The translations under genes were made by a program, and so were the position numbers. From Bradymonadia bacterium (GTDB lineage Bacteria; Myxococcota_A; Bradymonadia; UBA7976; UBA1532), in NCBI GenBank assembly GCA_046290225.1, contig JBKAGE010000003.1, positions 1 to 64,000 of the forward strand: a stretch of DNA of 64,000 nucleotides, written 5' to 3'. Positions 1-8,955 of the stretch are shown piece after piece. The notes beneath the pieces are model-generated. The model did no database searches, had not been told where the DNA came from, and was given only the letters and a program-made list of their open reading frames with translations. Every line of letters starts with the position of its first letter. The stretch's first letter is position 1.

Positions 1-622
1 CTGCCCGAACGGCATCTGTAAGGGGCCGCGGCAGCCCACCTGCAGCAGCGAGAATGGCATCGCCTTCAGCGGCCGTCGATTCCTGCAGCTCGTGGAGCTC
101 TTCGGAGAGGATGGCCTGGGGGGTGGGGATCCCGATGATGAGTTCGCCGACAACGTCACCATTTGTGTGGATGACTTCTCTGGCCCGCTGCAGGAGATCG
201 AGAATCGGCTGACGAAGTTCATCGGCCGGTTCTGTCTTGAGAAGCGGCCCTCCTGCCTTGTACTGAGCGAGGACGGAGAGAGCACCACGCCGTGTACGAC
301 ACAGCAGGACTTCGAAGATGCGGGGAACTATGCCCTGAGGCTGCAGCTGCTGACCTGCGCCCAGGCGGGCATCTCCATCACCGAGTGTCAGAGCCTCACC
401 CGAGAGGTCCTGAGCCCCAGCGGCTACACGATCACGGAAGACAACGCCTGCTCCGGGGGGTACATCGTCAACCTCGCTCAGTTGCCCCCCGCCAACGCCC
501 GGGTGACTCTGGAATACCTCGTCGGCGGACCCGAGGCCCCTGCTGCTCCGACAGTGCCTCAGGAGGCAGATCCTGCCGGCGCCGGTGGCGGAGTCGTTGA
601 CGCCCCCGCCCCCGGTGAGTAA
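1..622 (+). CDS. 3' part of a Cys-rich myxobacterial-type secreted/VWA-like protein, truncated by the window start
   Basis: Frame is open from base 2 (CPNGICKGPRQPTCSSENGIAFSGRRFLQLVELFG...TICVDDFSGPL) to TAA at 620-622. It resembles C-terminal regions of Myxococcota VWA-type lipoproteins; the family call is tentative. Confidence 0.55.
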   Translation, partial: CPNGICKGPRQPTCSSENGIAFSGRRFLQLVELFGEDGLGGGDPDDEFADNVTICVDDFSGPLQEIENRLTKFIGRFCLEKRPSCLVLSEDGESTTPCTTQQDFEDAGNYALRLQLLTCAQAGISITECQSLTREVLSPSGYTITEDNACSGGYIVNLAQLPPANARVTLEYLVGGPEAPAAPTVPQEADPAGAGGGVVDAPAPGE

Positions 623-674
623 GACTCCCGCCGTTTGATGCCTGCCCCGAGGGCAGCCGGCCTGGGAGAGACGC

Positions 675-1532
675 TTGCCTGCAGAGCACGAGGAATTGCT
701 CCTCGACGAGCTGAACCGCCTGCGGGAAGAGCTCGTCCAGACTCGGAACCTCTCGATCAAGACCGAGAACCAGATCAAGGGGCTCAGCGCCGAGATCAAG
801 GGCATCGCCGCCGAGCAGATCTCCAAGGACAAGCGTCAGTACTTCAACTCGGCCATCGCCTATGTGCTGTTCTGCGCCCTGGCCTTCACGGGGCTGTGGC
901 TTACGTTCCAGGCCCGCCTCGAGAAGGCTCAGGTCGACCAGACCCTCTTCGAAAAAAAGCAGACAGACCTGCAGCAGAAGATGGTGGAGTTGCAGGCTGA
1001 GCTCGGGCGCTGGAAGCAGATCGAGCGCGAGCTGCTCGAGTTCGAGCGACTCGTGAAAGAGGGCAAGAAAGAGCAGGCTGTTGAGGCCTTCAGCGCCCTC
1101 AAGCGGGTCCGGTTCTCGGGGTTGCTGCAGGATCTCATCGTGCGCTTCAGCCAGGAAGTGGGCCGCGAGCAGTACGAGAAGGGGCTCACCTACTACGAGC
1201 AGGGTAACTTCAACCTCGCCGACGAGGCGTTCTTGAAGTCTCTCGACTACAACGATGATCCGCCCTACCTCGGCGTGCTGCTCTACCATCAGGGGATGTC
1301 GGCCTTGCGTCTCAAGGACTTCGCTCGGGCGGGGAAGCTGCTGCGCACGGCCCAGGGCAAGAACATCGGCGACAAGCGCCTCGCCGATGCGCGGTACCAC
1401 CTCGCCTATGCCCACGATCGCCTCGGCGAGAAACGCACCGCCCGCGATTTGTACCGCAGCTTTTTCAAGCGGTACGCCAACCATCGCTTCACCCCACGGG
1501 CCAAGCGGCGGTACGAGCAACTCACTGAGTGA
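675..1532 (+). CDS. Membrane-anchored coiled-coil/TPR protein (CpoB/YbgF-like C-terminus)
   Basis: TTG start after GGGAGAG; coiled coil, one hydrophobic helix (AIAYVLFCALAFTGLWL), then TPR-like helices (YEKGLTYYEQGNF, ARYHLAYAHDRLG). Confidence 0.7.
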   Translation: MPAEHEELLLDELNRLREELVQTRNLSIKTENQIKGLSAEIKGIAAEQISKDKRQYFNSAIAYVLFCALAFTGLWLTFQARLEKAQVDQTLFEKKQTDLQQKMVELQAELGRWKQIERELLEFERLVKEGKKEQAVEAFSALKRVRFSGLLQDLIVRFSQEVGREQYEKGLTYYEQGNFNLADEAFLKSLDYNDDPPYLGVLLYHQGMSALRLKDFARAGKLLRTAQGKNIGDKRLADARYHLAYAHDRLGEKRTARDLYRSFFKRYANHRFTPRAKRRYEQLTE

Positions 1533-1544
1533 TCTGAGGTGTGC

Positions 1545-2027
1545 TCAGCGCGCCCGGGCTTCCATGATCGAGCGCTCCACGGCGTCCATGGCTTTTCTGC
1601 CCACGGCGGTGAACCCTCTCAAGGCGGTGCTGTAAGCGAGGTGCAGGCGCTTCAGTCGGTGCACCATCTCTGTGGCTTCTTCGAACGCCTCAGGGCAGCG
1701 TCGACGGTGCGTGGCGAGATCCACGAGCCAGCCATCGGACCACGATCTCCACGCCACCCATTGCGTCTGGTCTTCTTCCTCTGACGCGTCGCCCGGCTTC
1801 ACAGGGGTCACTGCCTCTTTGACCCGGCTCACCAGCTGCGTGCGCAGAGTCTCGAAACCTTCGATGCAGGCCTGTTGACTCACCGGCGCGCCCACCTCGG
1901 CGGGTACACCGGGCGGATCACTCAAGGCCTGACTGGTCACGCTCACGGCGATGGAGGCCCCGATGCCGAGGGTGAAGATCCAGTAGGCCGCTGAAAATAC
2001 GGTACGAAAGAGCTTGGGTGTGTCCAT
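1545..2027 (-). CDS. Hypothetical protein with N-terminal membrane anchor
   Basis: 160 aa ORF starting 4 nt after the sspB-like stop; hydrophobic N-terminus. Confidence 0.6.
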   Translation of the reverse strand: MDTPKLFRTVFSAAYWIFTLGIGASIAVSVTSQALSDPPGVPAEVGAPVSQQACIEGFETLRTQLVSRVKEAVTPVKPGDASEEEDQTQWVAWRSWSDGWLVDLATHRRRCPEAFEEATEMVHRLKRLHLAYSTALRGFTAVGRKAMDAVERSIMEARAR

Positions 2028-2031
2028 GGGC

Positions 2032-2526
2032 TCACTTCACCAACCGCAAGCGCGGCCCTGTAGGGGGTGGATCCTCAGGGGGCTCATCTGATGGATCTTC
2101 GGCGTCTGAGGCCTCAGCAGCTTCCGAGGTCTCAGCGCTCTCTTCTTCCTCTCCTGGGGCACCGCGTACGGCGCCTTGGGCCATGGCCTGCTGAATCTCC
2201 AGGGGCAGATCTTCCGGGTAGACCACCCGCTCGCCGGTGATCTCGGAGGTGAAGGCGAAGATCCGGCTCCACGGCAATACGCACGGGAACCGCTCGCCGT
2301 TGAACGAGAGACTGACCCGCACAGCGAGAGGCCCCAGCTCGAACGTCTCCAGGCGGAATTTTCGGGAGAGACTCAAGGTGAGGGTCATCTCACCCTTGAG
2401 ATGATCTGGGACCTCCACCTCTTCAGGCCGAGCATCCAGGTGCACATAGACCAGGCCGTCAGCGAGCATGGTGTCGAGCTTCGCTCGTTTGGCGCGCTCA
2501 CTCTCGGTGGGAAATCGGGTGGTCAA
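2032..2526 (-). CDS. sspB: ClpXP specificity-enhancing factor SspB-like adaptor
   Basis: VHLDAR...VEVP...SLSFNGERFPCVLPWSRIFA core, acidic linker, C-terminal PRLRLVK (ClpX-binding-type tail). TTG start at 2526 chosen for the GGAGG upstream. Confidence 0.8.
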   Translation of the reverse strand: MTTRFPTESERAKRAKLDTMLADGLVYVHLDARPEEVEVPDHLKGEMTLTLSLSRKFRLETFELGPLAVRVSLSFNGERFPCVLPWSRIFAFTSEITGERVVYPEDLPLEIQQAMAQGAVRGAPGEEEESAETSEAAEASDAEDPSDEPPEDPPPTGPRLRLVK

Positions 2527-2622
2527 GCCTCGTACCTCCGTGGGTCGGTCTCGTAGGGTTCGCGGCGGTGATATTGCCCCAAGAAGATTGGACTGGGCAC
2601 AGATTTCTGGTAACCGCAGTGC

Positions 2623-4659
2623 ATGCCCACTCGCCATCTGCTTTCTAGATTGCTCGACTCGAATCTTCCAGAAGGTTCACGACACACTCCGTCTCAAACG
2701 GGTGCGCGAGCCGCAGGTGCGGCCTGGTCAGGGGCCAGGCTGTGGGGCAGCTTATGGGCCCGCGTGTGGGTCTGTCTCTTCGTGTGTCTGCCGTGTCTCA
2801 GCTACGGGCAGACTGCAGCGGCGCCCTACGACGAAGCTGCGAACCCCTCGAGATCTCTCAGCAACCCCATCAGCCCGATCTCTGATCTGCAGGCTCTGTG
2901 GCAGGGGCGGAAGTCGGCGCTGAAGTCCGGCGACGCCAAAGCTGCATCAGAGGCGCTCGCTGCAGTGAAGGCCCTGGCCACCGACAATGGTTTGATGGGG
3001 CTTGATGCCTTCGCCGCAGCCTTGCTGCGAGAGGCCCAACAGGCTGCAGCCAACGGTGATGCAGAAGGGGTGGAGTCCCGGCTCGCCCTCGCTCGGGAGC
3101 TCGCCCCTGATTTGCCTGCCATCGAAGAGGTCGCCGCGGCGCTCTCGCTCGAGCTGAGCGCCATCGATCTGATCGGTTGGGTGGGGCACACCCAATCGGC
3201 CATCAGTCTCAGGCTCGACCGTCTGCCTGATCGGCAGCTGTTCCTGGCCAACATGTGGTCCACCGGGCTCATCGCCATGGGTCTGGTGATCTTGTTGTTT
3301 TTGGTGGTGCAGATCACCCGACATGGCTTTGGGGTGTATCACGATCTCGCTCGGGTCACTCCGGGGGCATTGAGGCCCGTGGCGGTGCTGATCGCCCTCG
3401 CTGGGGTGGCGGTGCCCCTGCTCTTTGGTTATGGCCCATTGCTCCTCGTTTTCCCCGCTGTGGCCTTGTTGTGGGGCTACCAGAAGTGGTCCGAGCGGGC
3501 CACCAGCCTGGTCGTGTTGGCCCTCGCTGTGGTGATGCCCTGGGGCGCTCAGCGCATCGACGCGCTGACCATGAACGGCACCGAGATCTCCATGGCTGTG
3601 GACACGCTCCAGCGAAACCCGTGGGATGCCCGAGCCGAGGCCCACGTGAAGCAGTTCACCGAGACTCACCCCGATGCCTGGTGGGCCTTCGCCATCCTTG
3701 GCCGAGCGCTCAAGGCCCAGGGTCGTCTCGAAGAGAGCCTGGTCGCTTTCTCCAAGGCCGAGGGCAAGGTGCCCGACGGGTCCACCGCTCAAGGGATCAT
3801 CTTCAACAACCTCGGCAACGCGCTGTTCGCCACAGGTCGGGTGATCACTGCTGAGAAGCGTTACCTCGAAGCCAAGGGCCTCTTGCCCGAGCTGCCAGAG
3901 CCCCGGTTCAATCTGCATCGGCTCTATGCGCGGACCGCTCAGGCCGCAGCGGCAGACAGCAATTTCCAGCAGGCCTCCGGCCTCGACGCCGAGCGAGTGG
4001 CGTTGTGGGTGAACGAAGACGGCACCAACCTGAACCGGCACGTCAAAGATTTGCCCCTGAGCGCCGAGATGCTCGGGGCCCATGTGGGGCCCACGTGGCG
4101 AAACGGCCCCCTCGCTCAAGGGGTCTGGCTGAAGGCCGTGGGCCCGTTGCCCGTGCTCACGTTGCCCATCGCGGCGGTGGTGACGCTGCTGCTCGCGGGT
4201 CTCGTGACCCTGCGGCAGAAGAGGTTGAAGCTCACGCGCCCTTGCCCGCGTTGCGGCGAGCCGGTGCGTCAGCTGGTGCCCACAGCGAGCAAGAAGCCCG
4301 ATCAGCTCTGCGACACCTGCACTGACCTGTTCGTGCGGGGTTTGCCCATGGAGCGCCGCATCCGGTTCAGCAAGGAAGAGCAGATCGATCGCCACCAGAA
4401 GCTGCTCAGCATCGGCACCCGAATCACCGGGCTGGCCCTGCCAGGTTGGGCCTCGGTCATGCGGGGGCGCCCGATCTCTGGCTTGATCTTGATGGCGATG
4501 GGGGTGTTCCTCCTGGTCTCCCTGCTCTTGCCTCATGGTTTGTTCTACCTGCCTGGGGTGTTGCACACGTCGGCTACGGTGGGCGTCATCGTGGCTCTGG
4601 GGATCGTGTGGCTGGTGGGGGCCTTCGTGGCCTTCAGGCTCGGAAGAAGGGCGGCGTAG
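2623..4659 (+). CDS. Multi-pass membrane TPR protein with C-terminal CxxC...CxxC motif
   Basis: Several TM helices, TPR repeats (IFNNLGNALFATG), CPRCG...LCDTC. True start may lie downstream of 2623. Confidence 0.75.
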   Translation: MPTRHLLSRLLDSNLPEGSRHTPSQTGARAAGAAWSGARLWGSLWARVWVCLFVCLPCLSYGQTAAAPYDEAANPSRSLSNPISPISDLQALWQGRKSALKSGDAKAASEALAAVKALATDNGLMGLDAFAAALLREAQQAAANGDAEGVESRLALARELAPDLPAIEEVAAALSLELSAIDLIGWVGHTQSAISLRLDRLPDRQLFLANMWSTGLIAMGLVILLFLVVQITRHGFGVYHDLARVTPGALRPVAVLIALAGVAVPLLFGYGPLLLVFPAVALLWGYQKWSERATSLVVLALAVVMPWGAQRIDALTMNGTEISMAVDTLQRNPWDARAEAHVKQFTETHPDAWWAFAILGRALKAQGRLEESLVAFSKAEGKVPDGSTAQGIIFNNLGNALFATGRVITAEKRYLEAKGLLPELPEPRFNLHRLYARTAQAAAADSNFQQASGLDAERVALWVNEDGTNLNRHVKDLPLSAEMLGAHVGPTWRNGPLAQGVWLKAVGPLPVLTLPIAAVVTLLLAGLVTLRQKRLKLTRPCPRCGEPVRQLVPTASKKPDQLCDTCTDLFVRGLPMERRIRFSKEEQIDRHQKLLSIGTRITGLALPGWASVMRGRPISGLILMAMGVFLLVSLLLPHGLFYLPGVLHTSATVGVIVALGIVWLVGAFVAFRLGRRAA

Positions 4660-5846
4660 TGGCACTGCAAGGCACACTCGCAGATTTCGGCATCGCCGAA
4701 ATTCTGCAGCTCATTGGCACTCAGCAAAAGACGGGCGTCCTGCATGTAGAGCAAGAGGGCACCGAGGGCTCCATCAAGGTCTTGTTCCTCGGTGGCAAGA
4801 TCGTGCGCTGCCTCGTCACGCACTCCGAGCGAAAAGATCTCCTCGGCAACCGGCTCGTCGCCGCTGAGGTGGTGCCCAGCCGAGACATGCAGAGGTGCCT
4901 GGGGCTTCAGCGCAAGCAACCTGAGGATGAGCGGCAGTTGATCGGTGAGCTGCTTCTCGAGCAGGGCCTCATCGATCGCGGCACCCTCGACGAGTTCATC
5001 ATGTTGCAGATGCGTGAGCACCTGTACGGGCTCTTCGAATACAAGGACGGCCGCTACCGGTTCGAGAGTCGTCCGCCGAGTTTTGCGGAAGCGGGGCCGG
5101 GCATGTTGCCTGCCGAGAGCGTGCTCATGGAGGGCTTCCGCATGCTCGATGAGTGGCCCTTGATCCGCAATCGGATCGAGAGCCACGACATGGTGTTCAA
5201 GACCATCAAGGCCCTCGAAGACGAGGAGGGTGACGCCGAGGCCCTGGAGCGTGTCCTCGACGATGCCTTCAGCGAGTTCCTCGACGAGCCCGTCAACGAG
5301 ACTTCTGGCTCACTCAAAGCGTTCGCCGGCGTGCAACTCGGCCCGGGAGAGCGGCGCCTGTACCCGCTCATTGACGGCAAGCGATCGGTGCACCGACTGG
5401 TGGAGCTCAGCCGCCTTGGGGAGTTCGAAACCTGCAAGGCCCTGGTCACCCTGCTCAACGAGGGGTACGTCGAGGTCGTAGAGGCCCCTGCGCCGAGCGC
5501 GATCCCACAGGCAAAGCAGCGCACGTCGGGGGACAAAAACTTCTTTACGGGCCTCGCTCTGTTGGCCCTGGTCGGGGTGGTGCTCGCCACGAGTGTGGTA
5601 CTCAAGCCCACCCCAGAAGAGGGCGATACAGTGGCTCTACAGGCCGCTTTCGAGCGCAGAGCTCGACGAAATCGAGTGCACCTGATCGAATCGGCTCTTG
5701 AAGTCTATGCCGCAGAGCAGGGAGACTACCCCACCAGACTCGAGCAGCTCATCGAGGCGGGGATCCTCGAGCCTGATGCCCTGAGCGTGCCTGGTGGAGC
5801 GCCTTTGAGCTACATCTCCATCGGCACCGATTACGATTTGAGATAG
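4659..5846 (+). CDS. DUF4388 domain protein with C-terminal TM and GspG-like tail
   Basis: GTG overlaps the upstream TAG. ALQGTLADFGIAEILQLIG...KTGVLH is the DUF4388 signature; C-terminal IESALEVY...GDYPTRLEQL. Confidence 0.8.
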   Translation: MALQGTLADFGIAEILQLIGTQQKTGVLHVEQEGTEGSIKVLFLGGKIVRCLVTHSERKDLLGNRLVAAEVVPSRDMQRCLGLQRKQPEDERQLIGELLLEQGLIDRGTLDEFIMLQMREHLYGLFEYKDGRYRFESRPPSFAEAGPGMLPAESVLMEGFRMLDEWPLIRNRIESHDMVFKTIKALEDEEGDAEALERVLDDAFSEFLDEPVNETSGSLKAFAGVQLGPGERRLYPLIDGKRSVHRLVELSRLGEFETCKALVTLLNEGYVEVVEAPAPSAIPQAKQRTSGDKNFFTGLALLALVGVVLATSVVLKPTPEEGDTVALQAAFERRARRNRVHLIESALEVYAAEQGDYPTRLEQLIEAGILEPDALSVPGGAPLSYISIGTDYDLR

Positions 5847-5854
5847 GAACCCAA

Positions 5855-6859
5855 GTGACACAGCAAGCTGTTGGCGGCCAGGGGAGTACCCCGGGCCGGA
5901 TCGAGGCTGATCCTCGGGCCATTGCGGCCTTGTGGGGCCCCGGGGACGCCCATCGTAAATTTCTGGAGAACGCCCTGAGCGTACGCATCGGCGGCCGCGC
6001 AGACTGGGTGCAGGTCTCAGGCGTCCCCGAGGCAGTGGCCGTTGGCGAGCGGGTCATCAACGAGCTGCTCGCCGTGGTGCGGGCGGGGCGTCCGGTGTTC
6101 CTCAAAGACGTGGAGAAGGCGGTCCGCGTCGCCCGTGGCGACAGCGCCGAGCGCCCCGCAGGGCCAAAGGGTGGCGGAGGGATGGTGGTCACCGCAGATC
6201 GCCGGACCATCTCGCCGAAGACGCCGAACCAGGGCCGCTACCTCGAAGCCATCGCCAAGCACGATCTCGTCTTTGGCGTGGGACCCGCAGGGACCGGCAA
6301 GACCTATCTCGCCATGGCGGCGGCGGTGGGGGCGCTCCGGGCCAAGGCGGTACAGCGCATCATCTTGACGCGGCCCGCAGTCGAGGCAGGGGAGAAGCTC
6401 GGGTTCCTGCCCGGGAGCCTCGCCGACAAGGTGAACCCGTACCTGAGGCCGTTGTACGACGCCCTGTACGACATGATGGATCTCGATCGAGCCGCTCACC
6501 TCGTGGAGTCCGGGGTCATCGAGGTGGCGCCCCTGGCCTTCATGCGAGGCCGGACGCTCAATCGGGCCTTCGTCATCCTCGACGAGGCGCAAAACACCAC
6601 ACGGGAGCAGATGAAGATGTTCCTGACCCGCCTGGGCAATGACTCCAAGGCGGTGGTCACCGGCGACGGATCCCAGGTCGATCTGCCCAACGCCGACAAG
6701 AGCGGCCTGGCCCATGCCCTGGACATCCTCAAGGATATCCAGGGGATCGCCTCGGTGCGCTTCTCCGACATCGACGTGGTGCGTCACTCCCTCGTGCAGT
6801 CCATCATCCGGGCGTACGATCGAGATGATCAGGCCAAGGGCAAGGGGCAGCGGAAGTGA
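5855..6859 (+). CDS. phoH: PhoH family ATPase
   Basis: GPAGTGKT, TRPAVEAGEKLGFLPG, APLAFMRGRT, ILDEAQN, GDxxQVDLP. Confidence 0.95.
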   Translation: MTQQAVGGQGSTPGRIEADPRAIAALWGPGDAHRKFLENALSVRIGGRADWVQVSGVPEAVAVGERVINELLAVVRAGRPVFLKDVEKAVRVARGDSAERPAGPKGGGGMVVTADRRTISPKTPNQGRYLEAIAKHDLVFGVGPAGTGKTYLAMAAAVGALRAKAVQRIILTRPAVEAGEKLGFLPGSLADKVNPYLRPLYDALYDMMDLDRAAHLVESGVIEVAPLAFMRGRTLNRAFVILDEAQNTTREQMKMFLTRLGNDSKAVVTGDGSQVDLPNADKSGLAHALDILKDIQGIASVRFSDIDVVRHSLVQSIIRAYDRDDQAKGKGQRK

Positions 6860-7368
6860 TCTCCTGCTCTGTGAGGGCCTCGGTGCGTGGCCATGTGGAT
6901 CCACGTACGCTCAAGCGGCGGGCTCAGCGTCTGCTCCAGGCCCTCAAGGTGTATCCCGCCGAGGTCTCGATCCTGCTCACCGATGACGAAGAGATTCACC
7001 AGCTGAATCTGCAGTTCAGGCACAAGGACAAGCCCACCGACGTGCTCAGCTTTGCGTTGATGGAGGGCGAAGGGGGCATGCCTCCATTGCCTCCGGGTGT
7101 GCCTCAGCCTCTCGGTGACGTCATCATCAGCGTGCCGACGGCCATGCGGCAAGTCGAGCAGGATGGCTGCCTCGCTCGCCTGAGGCCGGTGTTGGACCAG
7201 TACCAGTGGTCAGGTGAATGGGGGCTCAAGGACGAGATCACGTTCCTGTTGCTCCACGGCATTCTTCACCTGCTCGGCCATGATCACGAAGAGCCGGAGG
7301 AGGCTGCGGTGATGCAAGGTCTTGAGGGCGAGCATTTGCCCACTCTGCTCAACTTGAAGCGACGCTGA
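6856..7368 (+). CDS. ybeY: rRNA maturation endoribonuclease YbeY
   Basis: LNxQFRHKDKPTDVLSF, LGDVIIS, HGILHLLGHDH; GTGA overlap with phoH. Confidence 0.93.
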   Translation: MISCSVRASVRGHVDPRTLKRRAQRLLQALKVYPAEVSILLTDDEEIHQLNLQFRHKDKPTDVLSFALMEGEGGMPPLPPGVPQPLGDVIISVPTAMRQVEQDGCLARLRPVLDQYQWSGEWGLKDEITFLLLHGILHLLGHDHEEPEEAAVMQGLEGEHLPTLLNLKRR

Positions 7369-8437
7369 GGCGCCTGCGGCGAGCAAAGCCATCCAGCCGA
7401 CCAGCAGAGAGAGGCCGCCCGGCCTCGAACAGCTGATCAACCCAAAAGCCATGCTCCAGGGCGAGCTGCTCCAAACCTGTGAGCTGCTCGCCCTTCACCG
7501 TGCGACCGAGAGAGAAAGACTCGAAGGTCTCGGAGAGCGCCAGGACCATGGGCTCGGCAAAGCAGGCGAAGACGTGGCGATGTTGCCCGGTGATCAGACC
7601 ATAAATGCGGCGCCACAGCTGTACCCCCGCCACAGGGCGGGGCAGCCGCACGTACTCCCCGTCGAGGATCAGCACATCCTCTCGAGCAGGCCCGTCCATC
7701 AGCACATCGGCGGGGGCGGCGACGTCGATGACCACGGCGCCACTGGGCAGGCTCGAGAGAGACAATCGGCCCCCAGTGCTCGAAGCGGCGATGAGGGGTA
7801 GACCTTCTCGTAAGGCCTCGATGGGATCCGCACACCACGTGACTCGATCTTCGGCCCCCAGGGTGCTCACGAGGCGCTTGAGGGGCTTCGAGGGGGTAGG
7901 GATCACCACCGTGACCGACTGCCGATCGGCGAGGAGCATCCGCAGGATGCCCCCTGCGACGGGGCCGGGGGCGCCCATGAGGGCCACTGGTCCGTCATGG
8001 TCCAGGGCCCGCTGCAGGTGACGCCAGGTCTGAAACGCAGCGAGGGCGGTGAAGCTGTTGCCGGTGGTCACCGGGCAGGGGGCTTCGGCGGCGACCGCCT
8101 TGCCTTGCCCCCCGATGACCGCAGCCACCGCGCCGAGGCCCACCACCTGAGCGCCGGCGGCATGGCACGTGTGCACTGCGGCAGTTACGGCCTCCACCGC
8201 CCGTTGCTGATCGGTGAGCATCTCTTCAGGGAGCAGGGGTACACCCACGAGCAAACCCTCGACCCGAGCGCCGTGGGGATCTTCCACCAGGAATGTCGAG
8301 ATGGATTGAGGGCGAGGAGAAGCCCCAGCAGGGCGACCGGCGGCGATGTGCCGATCGAGGGCCCGCACTCCGTGCAGGCGCCGCTGGAAGGGCGTGAGCG
8401 GGTGAACGATGAAGCCGAAGCGGGCCACAGGCGCCAT
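7349..8437 (-). CDS. Acyl-ACP reductase-like (COG5322-type) NAD(P)-dependent oxidoreductase
   Basis: FGFIVHP, LPEEM, VGLGA, TTGNSFTA, Rossmann-like VALMGAPGPV, DVAAP, FACFAEPMVL...FSLGR...HGF. These parallel the motifs of cyanobacterial AAR. Confidence 0.7.
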   Translation of the reverse strand: MAPVARFGFIVHPLTPFQRRLHGVRALDRHIAAGRPAGASPRPQSISTFLVEDPHGARVEGLLVGVPLLPEEMLTDQQRAVEAVTAAVHTCHAAGAQVVGLGAVAAVIGGQGKAVAAEAPCPVTTGNSFTALAAFQTWRHLQRALDHDGPVALMGAPGPVAGGILRMLLADRQSVTVVIPTPSKPLKRLVSTLGAEDRVTWCADPIEALREGLPLIAASSTGGRLSLSSLPSGAVVIDVAAPADVLMDGPAREDVLILDGEYVRLPRPVAGVQLWRRIYGLITGQHRHVFACFAEPMVLALSETFESFSLGRTVKGEQLTGLEQLALEHGFWVDQLFEAGRPLSAGRLDGFARRRRLSVASS

Positions 8438-8440
8438 GGC

Positions 8441-8845
8441 TCAGCCCTCGGCGGCCTTCTCCTCGAGCAGGCGCTCGACGATGTGCACGAAGGTCTGCAC
8501 CCGGAACAGCCGGGGGATGTCATTGGCGGTGAGGCCGTCGACGAACTCCTCGGGCGGTACCTCGGGCATCAACGCCTTGAGCTTCTCAAGAGCGACGGGG
8601 GTCAACACGCCGTCTTTCTCGTATTCTTCCGGATCGATGCCCTCTTTGGAGGCCTCTTGAACCCCACCGCGGGGGATCTTGATGTCGAAGGCGCGCTCGA
8701 GCAGGTAGACGATCTCGAGCAGATCGAGAGACTCCGCGCCGAGATCGTCGAAGATCTTGGACCCGGGCTCCACCTCGTCGTCGTCAACACCGAGGGCCTC
8801 AACAAAGGCCTCTTGAACCTTCTCAAAGATGTCTGCCTGACTCAT
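8441..8845 (-). CDS. Acyl carrier protein, elongated (134 aa)
   Basis: Acidic protein; IFDDLGAESLDLLEIVYLLERAFDIKIP pantetheine-site motif followed by a long insertion before the last helix. Confidence 0.85.
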   Translation of the reverse strand: MSQADIFEKVQEAFVEALGVDDDEVEPGSKIFDDLGAESLDLLEIVYLLERAFDIKIPRGGVQEASKEGIDPEEYEKDGVLTPVALEKLKALMPEVPPEEFVDGLTANDIPRLFRVQTFVHIVERLLEEKAAEG

Positions 8846-8955
8846 GCCTGAGCGCGCTCCATGGGCGAAAGGGCGATCCCGTGGGGGATCAGTGAAAAAC
8901 GGAACATAACGAGTCATCACCGGCGATGCCACCGGACTGTGGGCTCGTCGTACGA

